Source: Phoronis australis (lineage: Eukaryota; Animalia; Phoronida). From it: a DNA stretch of 64,000 nt. The notes beneath the pieces are model-generated. The model searched no databases and was not told the DNA's origin. It worked only from the letters and a program-made list of their open reading frames with translations. Below are positions 54,005 to 64,000 of this stretch, one piece after another. How positions within the stretch are numbered: position 1 is the stretch's first letter; every line of letters starts with the position of its first letter. The DNA lies in contig NMRA01001047.1 of assembly GCA_002633005.1 (NCBI GenBank), forward strand, positions 173 through 64,172, given 5' to 3'. A program made the position numbers and the translations under genes.

Positions 54005-54515
54005 GCGTGTCAGTTTGCGTTCTTTCCACGAACTGTCATGAAAAAATGCTTGAAAAACTATGCCTCGACATTGTTGTTCTCAATGCAGAGTAAAGAATCG
54101 TTATCAGATAAATACATGCAAGGTTGGTTACATTTAATTCAACCGACATCACAACAGTCGCGTTTCAGATTACACTCTTTCGAAGATTCGTCATGAAAAA
54201 ATGCTTGAAAACTGTCTCAGAGTTGTTGTTCTCAATGCAGGGTAAAGAATCATTATCAGACAAATACATATGTACACAGACGTTCTCTGGTACTACACAA
54301 GGTTGACTGCGTTCAATTCAATTGACATTACAACAGTCGCGTTTCAGTTTGCGTTCTTTCCAAGAATTGTCATGAAAAATCCTTGAAATGCTTTTCCCAG
54401 AAATTGTTCACAATGCAGGATAAAGAATTGTTATCAGATAAATACAAGTGTACACAAGTGTTCTTTTCTACTTTGCAAGGTTGGTTACATATAATTCAAC
54501 GGACATAACATTAGT
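54005..54515 (+). repeat. Three diverged tandem units of ~155-180 bp
   Basis: gtcatgaaaaa, caatgcag..taaagaat..ttatcaga.aaatac and caaggttg each occur three times. Confidence 0.85.
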
Positions 54516-54997
54516 CACGAGCATTAAGAACGTGACGGTAAGCAGTGTGCCCTAAACTTTATTAACCTAAATTTGAAGAAATGGAGGCCCGTAACCAGGG
54601 AGGTTCTATCCAACGCGGAAAAGGTCCAGCCCCTTACTCTCCGTTAAAGACAGGATATAGATGGACAACAGCGACAAAATCGTTGCAGCTACTGGTACCA
54701 CTGCTAAATACAATTATGATACTTAAACTAATTTAGTAATCATTTGCTTCCCGTTCAACGCGCTTCATGTAATCGGGTCGAACCTGGCGAACTTCGCCCG
54801 CGTGCTGTTTCGTAGCTGACAAGATTGTCCAGACGATTAGAGGACTGAGGATTTGTGTTATTCATCAGCATTACACGCGCGTGGTGGCATCACCATAGGG
54901 TAACAAGGAAGTCAAAAGTACTGTTGTGACCCTTCAAACTGTTGTCCTAACAAAGCAAAAAAGCATGTACCACTACATTTCTAAAATTTTAGAACAC

Positions 54998-55675
54998 TTA
55001 TGACCTGCATAGCAAGACACCTGACCCAAGCTCAATCGGTACATTCTGTTCCTTGAGCAATTCTTTGGGAAATTCTTCTGACACTTCAAACTCTACAATT
55101 GAGGGTGGGTAGATGTTTTTCTTGGTCTCCATCTGATTCCAAACTGAGCTCGATGTTTTCCACAAACAGTCAACTCTGAGAGCAAACGGTGGTAAGCAAG
55201 CCCATTCTGGCAAAATTCAGCTGCCGGGACGAGGCCTGATTTAACATGTTTCAGAAGATCTGATATCGACTTATTAGATTTAGCTTATGTTTCAACTGCA
55301 TGGTGGTTTGGGTACTCCATTGAAGTCCCACTAACCAGATTAACATAAAGACTCCTACAGTGAACACTGACTGCTTCCTTTTTCCCGGCAGCCATTTTCC
55401 TTTGGTGACATCAGTGGTGACTGCAGGACTTCTTAAGAAAACGATAATTCACAGGAAAACCAAATATTTTAATTCTATTACATTCTATGTGCTATGAAAC
55501 GAAAAAAAAAAATTTGAAAAACAATTTTGAGCACTTTAGATATCAAGCCTGAGGATTTTCACTGATAAGTTGTGCCTGCTGCAAGTGCTCCCTTTGTCTG
55601 AGGTGGCTGTAAACATTGGCTCATTCCTGTATGTAGACATAAGTTCGCCCGTAGTTTTGGAGACATATGTCAATC
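54998..55675 (-). pseudogene. Possible degenerate extended-Tudor-domain coding remnant
   Basis: Broken-frame pieces in Tudor order: RLTYVSKT/YVYIQE*, KGKWLPGK..LYVNL, PEWACLPPFALRVDCL..VWNQME (compare V.V..V..P..FYVQ, G.WYRA..FVDYG, LP.QA..C.L......W). Stops and frameshifts present. Confidence 0.3.
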
Positions 55676-56992
55676 TAATCTAAAACAGGTCAAACTTACA
55701 ACTAAGAGTCTAGTAGGCTTCAGTTGAGATTCGCACGCTCAAATTGGGTAAGTTTTCTGTGTTTTTGCTTCTTTGACCCCGTTATCCTCAGAAATTTCAG
55801 GAAATATTTCCAATTTCTATTTACTGAGACCATGGATGAGTTAATCCAAAACACAAACTATTTAACTGTCCAGCAGCTTCTATAATTTTTACAATACCAC
55901 AAAAAATGGAATTTCATGGTAAAATTTTACACTGATTTTGAGTGAAAACTGATGTGCCGGACTTTTAAGCTACTTAACAGAGTAGGAATTGTTTAAACTA
56001 CATTTTAGTAATATAACATAAGAAAATAAACTGCACCGCATAGTACGATCCAAATCCGTGACATAGGGTGTATGACCCATTTGTCTGGTCTGAAGTACAC
56101 TGCACTCTTAAGAAAGGGAACTGGCTGGTTTTCTCATCGGAATGTGTGAATGAATGAGCTTATGAAAAACTTACTAGGTTTATTGCACTGTAGTCATGAT
56201 ATGAATAAAATAGTGAAAAGAAAAAAATAAGAAATTGCGGTTTTAATATGGGTGTGCTGTCTGTATTCATCTTTTTATCCGTTTTATGTATAAAAGTACT
56301 TAGGCGGCACGCATATGTTTGTAAATTTTATAATGAACATGTCACGGTGTGCTCCGTGGATGGGCGGACACAGCGGGTTATTGCTGACCGGTGTTTAGTA
56401 GCTTTCGATGCGACGATAGGCTGAAGACTGGTTCGAGTTATTCACTTTATGAATTTCGGCCGCACGTACTCAAGTTTACTCAGACAAAACGTACTATGAC
56501 GTAATGTCTGTTCTGTGCTCCAGGTAGTGCTGCAAAACCTTGGGACTTTGGTCATACCAGGAAAGTATTACCAGGACCATGTCTTCCTGGTTATATAGAA
56601 AGTCACGTGACTTACAGCTAAAGTGGAAAGTGATGGGTCGTGTGACTGAAGCTCACAGAAGCGCTGATAACATTGATCTCCGATGGAAAATGTGAGGATA
56701 TGACAATATCCGAGGCTGATGGAGTATCAGCAGTGGACCACCTAGGTGCTTCCTCATAACGATTCGATTTTGGTGACATTGACCATGAACTCTGGATTGG
56801 TGTCGGTGAAGTGGTATAGCATCTGTTTGTTGTAACTGTAGATGATGACAGCTGTCTTTCAACCTTGGGCATTCAGTCCAGCTTCGTACACATGACATTA
56901 ATCAAAGCGAATAGAGGGCTTGCAGAGTTCTCAATCTCCCAAGTCATCACGCAAAAGAACGATCTTGGTGATGGCGGAAGAAAAAGATCGGT

Positions 56993-57064
56993 GGGCTTGT
57001 CCGGGAGTCGAACCCGGAACCTCTCGCACCCAAAGCGAGAATCATACCGCTAGACCAACAAGCC
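56993..57064 (-). tRNA. tRNA-Pro (TGG)
   Basis: GGCTTGTTGGTCTAGCGGTATGATTCTCGCTTTGGGTGCGAGAGGTTCCGGGTTCGACTCCCGGACAAGCCC folds as a full cloverleaf; T5 Pol III terminator 8 nt downstream. Confidence 0.96.
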
Positions 57065-57682
57065 ACTCATGCCTCAGCAGAATCTCATTGGTGAGGTACA
57101 ACGTCGCCGTTTGTTGCCCGGAACGTCATTGTTGGAACGTCGAAGGGACTTTTTGCCAGGAATGAGCGGCCCCCTCCCCCGTTTATCAGTGCTGCTCCAC
57201 CCATGTTTGTGTGTATTAAAACAAAAGAAATTTACTGTGTTACCAAAAATAGGCCTACACTAGCCACTTGTAAGTGAACTTCTATCACAACACCGATATG
57301 CGACCGTGACGTTTGAGCGATTCATCTGCAGTGTTTGATTTAGGAAAAAAAAACAACGAACCCCTTTCAAAGCCGCCCTGACGACGCAATATGTGGTGCC
57401 TCGATCGTAGACCACAAAGCATGTTGTTGTTCTAGAAAAACAAGTCTTTGTTGATCCTGCTATGCCCCAAAGAAGAAGTGATGACTAGTTTGTGTGTTAT
57501 TCCCGGGATTTAAAAAAAAATCGCCCGCATTCAACCATTTTTTGTCATCAAAAAACCGTTTGAGTTTTAGTTGTCCATTTTAGGCTGACAAATGACGACA
57601 AGTCTCAATTTAGGCTCAAGCTATACTAAACAGTGAGTTTTTTTCCAATACCAGAAACCATTTCTCCTGAGTTCTACAAGTG

Positions 57683-57717
57683 GCCTCAATGGCGCAGGGC
57701 CGGGCAGCGTGTGAGTC
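57683..57717 (+). pseudogene. Truncated 5' half of a tRNA-Met
   Basis: GCCTCAATGGCGCAGGGCCGGGCAGCGTGTGAGTC resembles the tRNA-Met 5' half, then joins directly to spacer sequence of the tandem unit (aaacctacaacgactgatggcttgtaa). Confidence 0.7.
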
Positions 57718-58899
57718 CTAAACCTACAACGACTGATGGCTTGTAATGTATACAATCAAATTCATACAGAAAATAATTTTTACATGAATAATAGTTGATG
57801 ATTTAAGTACTAAGTTTCTTGGGGCAAAACCCACTAATTCCGAATTTAATAATGCGGCTACCGGAAATGAAGTCGGATCTCAGTTGGTAACTGGAACTAC
57901 TTCATAGCAATAAACACTCGACTCAATATACCACTGTCTAAGCTTGATCCGTGTCGCTAGTAGACCAACAATTTCCAACAAACCATCTGTGATTTTAACT
58001 TGTCGATATGATTTGACTTTACTACGCCAAACACAAATTGTATCCGACGTAGCAGAGTGTAGATTCCATGCAATATCTGGCTGGTATTGCCATTGCACTG
58101 TAACGGCCAACTGAAGGACAACCCCTACTTCGATTGATGATAGATGCAGTGACTGCGAGGTGTACATACATGTATCAACAAAACACTGAGACTATAAATA
58201 AATGTTCCCATTCAACAACACCGCAACACCCACAAAGCAACATCAAGCCGGCTACACGTGACGGTGCGCGACATTCGGACCACTTGGAGCGTGGGGTTTA
58301 AAAATGGCAAACTACAGAAAGTTGTCCAAAACGTCACTTGGCAAGTTGGAGCTCGTGGTGATGCCGGACTGAGCCAGAGAAAAAAATGGACTTGTCCGGT
58401 GGATCCCACTACTGCTTGCACCTGCAACAATAAGATTCTTATCGATAAACCTTCAACGTCCGATGGCTTGTAATGTATGCAATCAAATTCATACAATAGA
58501 TATTTTTAGACGAATAATGTTTGATGATTTAAACACTAAACGTCTTGGGGCAAAACCCCCAAATTCCGAATTTAACAATGCGGCTACTGGCAATGAACTC
58601 TCGCATCATTTTAACTACTCCGTTGCAAGAAGTACTCTACTCTGGTACTACTTTCTAAGCTCAATTCGCTGGACCAACAACTTCCAACAAACAATATCTG
58701 CCACTTAAACCTGTCGATGATTTGACTTTGCTATGCCAAAGCCAAATTCTGTCGACTAAGTAGAGTGTAGATTTCAATAGCTGCATGGTGTTGCCATTGC
58801 GCTGCAGCTACAAACAGAAGGGAAATCTCTACTTTGATTGATGGTAGATGCAGTGACTGTGAGTAAATTTAGTAAATGCACCCGATTGCGTACAAGGCC

Positions 58900-58972
58900 G
58901 CCTCGATGGCGCAGTAGGTAGCGCGTGAGTCTCATAATCTCAAGGTCGTGAGTTCGATCCTCACTCGGGGCA
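58900..58972 (+). tRNA. tRNA-Met (CAT), elongator
   Basis: GCCTCGATGGCGCAGTAGGTAGCGCGTGAGTCTCATAATCTCAAGGTCGTGAGTTCGATCCTCACTCGGGGCA; G1:C72 pair and TTCG T-loop indicate elongator rather than initiator; T7 run at 58983-58989. Confidence 0.95.
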
Positions 58973-59959
58973 GGCGGCGTTATTTTTTTGTTCATGAAAG
59001 GCAGGATCTAGCGCTACATCGATCCATAAGAATGATTATTTCCAATATGCCAAAGGTACAAAACCTAGTGGTACTCGACTCGACTGCTGTCTACCACTAC
59101 AACTTGAAGTCAAGAGACTGGCAACCGATTTTACACCTAGTCACTGTTATTACTTTTGTCATTGCTTGTAGTTATTTTTGACAAGGAGCCAATGAAATTT
59201 CATGAAAAGATCACACGGCGCACATGTATCAACAATACTACGCACTAAGACTATCAATAAAGGTTCCCATTAAACAACACCAGGACACTCACAAAACAGC
59301 ATCAAGCCTACACGTGACCGTGCGCAAAATTTGGACCACTGTCCACGCATCGTTGGAGGGTATAGACGAGGTTTAAAATATCAAACAACCGAAAGTTGTC
59401 CAAGACATCACTTGCAAATTTTAGCTCTTGGCAAAGCTGGGAGAGAAAAAAATTAATGGACTTTTCCGGTAGTTGAACCCGCTACTCCTTCCACCTGGCA
59501 ACCGTGACGAGATTCATATCGATAAACCTACGACGACTGATGGCTTGTAACATGTACAATCAAATTCATACAGTAAATATTTTTAGACGAAAAATATTTG
59601 ATGATTTAAGTACTAGGTATCTTCGGTCGAAGCTCACAAACTACGAATTTAATAATGCGGCTTCCGGCAATGAATGAACTCTCGAATCTCGGTAAACTAC
59701 CCCACTGCACTCGACTCACTTGTACCACTTCTAAGCTTAAATCCGTGTAGCTGGACCAACAATTGCCAACAAACTATATCTGTCATTTTAACCTGTCGAC
59801 GATTTGACTTCTTGCAACGCTAAAGCCAAATTATGTCGACTTAGCAGAGTGTAGATTCCAATAGTAGGTGTTGCCATAAGTGACGACAGTAGTGCAATCC
59901 CTACTTTGGTTGATGGTTGATCCAGTGACTGTGAGTACATTTAGTAACGTGCCCAGGCC

Positions 59960-60032
59960 GCCTCGATGGCGCAGTAGGCAGCGCGTGAGTCTCATAATCT
60001 CAAGGTCGTGAGTTCGATCCTCACTCGGGGCA
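59960..60032 (+). tRNA. tRNA-Met (CAT), elongator, second copy
   Basis: Identical to the 58900 copy except one D-loop base (GGCAGC vs GGTAGC); T5 at 60044-60048. Confidence 0.95.
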
Positions 60033-62622
60033 GGCGGCATAAGTTTTTACGCATGAAAGCCATGATGAAGCGTTATATCGAACTAACAATATTGTTTCAC
60101 TACTTTTACAGCGGAATTTATTAAATATCAAAATGTCACGTCTGATACAAAGCAGTACCTCTGGTTTGGAAATAGGTATCCATAATTTCCGTTCAGCTGG
60201 CGTTGTTGAACTCTTCCCAGGGCTTAAGTGGACAGGTATTCAGCCCCACCTAAAGATCTCATGTGATACGGACGGGAGGTGTCAACCTACTGCGTTTTAA
60301 CACATTTCCTACTATCATAATGACAGCAAATGTCCACTGCTGTGGGGTGGGATGTATTAATACCTTTCGGAAAAAGGCAATTTAAACCTTTTGAACTATA
60401 AATAGATGAACAAGGATATTGACTAAGTAACTGACAATAGAACGCATGTCCAGGGTGAGCAGATGAAGCCGTACAAATCTTTTAATAGCGGAGTTAATGC
60501 ATGCACCTTTATTGATGATGTGATATTGTGTTGAGAATATGGTAAAATTCCTTCCATCAAACAAAAATAACTGCCAAATTTGTCATTGTTAAAATGCTCA
60601 AAATTTCGTCATTTGTTTGTGGGTAGCAGCTATACAATGTAAAATGTTCAAATAGCGAAGCAAAGTTTTCTTCCAGTTATTTTATGAAAATTTTGGTTTA
60701 TTAATTCACGGTTCCGCTATAACTCAAAGGTGTATTTCGCCGTGTTTAGCTGACTGAAAACGAAAGTCAAAATAGGTCTTTTATTGTCATAAATTCTGTC
60801 TCTTATATTCCGCATGTTTGCATTGCTTGTGACTGGGGTTTGTAACGAAAATGCAATCCTTTTAAGTTAAAGAATATTATGAGTGTCCTAATTCGATTTC
60901 CTTTTTTGCCAGCTAAATATAGCGAAATCCAACTTCAACTGTATGCTCGAAATGATGTTGCCAGTTTCCACAAATTCCCTACAACCAGGACGAGATAACC
61001 AAAGTTTAAAGTTCGTGCTTCTGTTCTGGCCTAAATCAAAACGAATAAACATTGGTCTGAAAAATACAGAAATGAGAAAAATAAGAGACAATAGCTTAGT
61101 ATGCTAAAATTATGACTGAATGGCCTCGTTTTGGAGTAGTTCGCCAAACTTTATATTGACTAATGCCGATGGGATGCGAGAAAACTTTTTAAGGCGGGAA
61201 AACTCGGTTTGTTCTACATAACATTTTTGTTACAGGGGTGCGGTATAGTCATATACGACCTTTAAAATTTCATCGCGCGACTGAGACCACTGCTTCTGGG
61301 CGCATGACAACTAGGTAAACATCATAAAGCATACATTCCGGCCAATGAGAAGGCGCTATTACGTGTCAGTATTGTAGGCTGACACGACAGGCATGGCAAT
61401 CATCCAATCCGAGTTTGACAACGTCTAGGGAATGCGGAAGTGTTTGCCGAAATTTGAAAATTGGAAAACAGGCAAAGTGGAAATAAAAGCCTCCACCAAA
61501 ATAGTGCAATTAGCAATAACAACAGCTATCACGGCATGAACCTGTTCTTTGAACACGCAATATCCAACTATAAATGCAGACTAAAACGAAATACATGGGT
61601 TATGAGAAAAAATGGTGTTTTTGCTTTGCACTCAAACAAAATTAGGTCTTTGGGTTCATGCTCAGAAACAGTGCCTTTGGGCGAACAGTTTTGGTCAAAA
61701 TAGTTATAGTTTTTGATTGACTTTTCGCAAGATTACGCCTCTACAAGATGATTGCTCGTTGTTTATCAAATGATAAACGTTTTTAAAATTTTGTTCCCAG
61801 TTCAATAGTTTCTAAAACACAATAATCGGTTATAAACTAAAAGCCCAATGAATTGTTTAGCGCTTCTCTGAAAAGACAAAGGCACATGAAACAAAATATG
61901 TAGCTTTATTCCAAACTTTCATTTACACCATAGAGATTTCAAAATATATTACTTCACAAAAATAAATACACATTATAAAACCCAACGTAAAACTATATGA
62001 TTGTGTCTGGAAATATACATATACTTATTATTTTTGCATATTCTGCGTCTACTATGCAAGCGGCATCACACAGTATTCCCAAATAATTTCTAAGCGGGAA
62101 CCGACTTGCAGAATACAGACAAGGGCGGACACGTTTTTAATTAATCACACTATCTAAACATAAGACTAGCCGGCTAAGCAATGCATGCACGCATGTGCAT
62201 GTGCGCACAAATACAAGTGTACTTATGTGTGTTTTCGGAAAAAGCCTCAAAACTCTACGTCACCCATAGACCAATAGTAAACTTTTACAACTAAAACTTT
62301 TCTCTTTGTAAAAAGACTATTTGTTCGTAATGTTCAGCCACCGGTGTTGCTATTAAAGTACGTTCACGGTCTTCAGTTTCGTGTCATCCGCCACATTTCC
62401 GTGTGTCTGTATAGTGGCCAGCCATCGTCAAGATGTGGTGGCATCGTAAGCTGGCATGGCAATTGAACATGTATTTTTTTCAAGTTCTGTTACAGGTGGG
62501 CAAAATGCATTGAGTCAGAAAATGTCCGACAGATCTGTACCATTATACAATATGTTCATGACACATGGCGAATCAATGTTGTAACAGAGACTGGTATGCG
62601 ATTTGAACCATCTCTCCGTAAT

Positions 62623-62711
62623 CTAATAGCTGTAGAAGTAGGGGTTGGCCTGGCACATGTTGTCGCCTTCACCCCAGCAATGATCGTGGCATTTGTAAGC
62701 GCACGACCCAC
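62623..62711 (-). CDS. Probable terminal coding exon of a gene extending upstream (to the right); EGFR/furin-like cysteine motif
   Basis: Acceptor atttttag, then (G)GSCAYKCHDHCWGEGDNMCQANPYFYSY*. CxxxCxxxCWGxGxxxCQ is the start of furin-like Cys-rich domains. Minus-strand AATAAA at 61905-61910. Confidence 0.6.
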
Positions 62712-64000
62712 CTAAAAATAGAAAACTTCATGAATTACCATGTGTCTAATGGCTGGGAAGGTCAACGGTAGGTTAGACTTCTTTTTATGGCTGCCTATGA
62801 AGGAGAATTCAAGAGCTTGAATAGAACACAGTAACTCACCAAATTTCGTAACTCAATTTTGCATGAGCTGAGGGGGCTTTAGCCCCCCACTTTTTTCAGT
62901 GCTGCGCCGCCCATGTTTTGACCCATTACTTCCATTGAATTCAGCATAATTTATCGAAACGGAATTAATAACCGTTTTAATACCCCTTTTTGAAATACAA
63001 TTATTCTAACGGATAAAAGCAACACAACGAGTGGAAATGGATTTAAGGATGAAATGGACCTGCCTAGTGCAAATAGACAAAATGGGCCAAAATTGGAATT
63101 AAGGGGTTGAAATTGATACAATGAGACATAATGTGTCAGATCATTTATATTAAAGTAAGGTGAAAAATGCCAAAAATGCATTGGTAAATGAAAACATGTG
63201 ATTCCGTCGCTAATTAAAACACGTTCAATTTGCCGTTGGACATACATGTATATTAGGTGAAACACATCATCTATCCATTACGATATATTCGAGAATTATT
63301 ACGTTTTCTTCGTGAAAAAACGCGACATGCGAGTGGCTCTGAAAATTCTCGTTGAAAATATTTACTGTGCTATACTAATAAATCATAGCGTAAAAGCAAT
63401 GCCTTGGGTTAGAAGATGAACGCAGCTGTGTCACTTCTTAAATAGTTCCACGAAGCAATTTCTTCGAAATGACAGTGACTTTGAATCATCTGTAATTTGG
63501 TGAGAGAAATTTTGCCCAAAAAATAAAACAATTAAGATTAATTTTCCTTGTTACATTCTCGTAACCGACACACATAATCACTAAAAACCAATCAAATAAA
63601 TAATTACGGTTGTATCATCCTGTCTACCTCGCCAAAACGGTATCTTAATTCTACCATCAGATAAGTTGTTTTTGCATAATTTTGTTGCGTAAGCTTTAAC
63701 ACTGCAAAGCAAAGTGGTGTTGTTGAAAAATAACATTCTTTAATTTCTCTCTCGAAAGTGCCTTTGCCGGATGTTCGCTAGAGCGGAACTCAGTAAAAAG
63801 TAACCAATTAAAATAATTGTCTGGCTTCGTAGCGCTACCGTCGCATAAACTCTGCTTCGCAATAAACACCCATGATTTTCGTCTGTCTGTAAAAAGTTCA
63901 ATAAAAATTGATAAACTTGGTTCATGGGCGCTTGACAAGGCAAATGTAGTGCAATAAAATGTATCTTACATTGACGCACGATTCCTACTCGGTTCCGTCG

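Larger units (their letters stand above)
57683..60050 (+). repeat. Diverged tandem duplication (~1.06-kb unit) carrying tRNA-Met
   Basis: Landmark gatggcttgtaa..aatcaaattcatac recurs at 57735, 58462 and 59539; agagtgtagatt and cagtgactg recur in each unit. Confidence 0.9.

Overview
This is AT-rich, intron-rich animal (invertebrate-looking) genomic DNA, not prokaryotic. About 50 kb (1257-51592, minus strand) is one SMCHD1 orthologue (GHKL ATPase ... SMC hinge). I traced 44 phase-consistent coding exons by hand (5732 nt, ~1910 codons). One hinge exon is missing at an N (2010), and the 3' end was not found in the window. Two complete genes are nested antisense in its two largest introns: a 5-exon LRR + low-complexity linker + single ZU5 gene (10809-14740, ~918 aa) and a 2-exon ecdysteroid-kinase-like (EcKL/CHK) gene (34759-36331, 431 aa). 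Beyond the SMCHD1 5' end lie a tRNA-Pro(TGG), a decaying ~1.06-kb tandem array with two intact elongator tRNA-Met genes, a possible Tudor-like pseudogene, and the last exon of a gene ending in an EGFR/furin-like Cys motif. Introns hold Helentron-type HINEs, MITEs, tRNA-derived SINE heads and minisatellites, several carrying CTCF-like motifs. All calls come from manual reading; comparisons to human proteins are from memory and need alignment.
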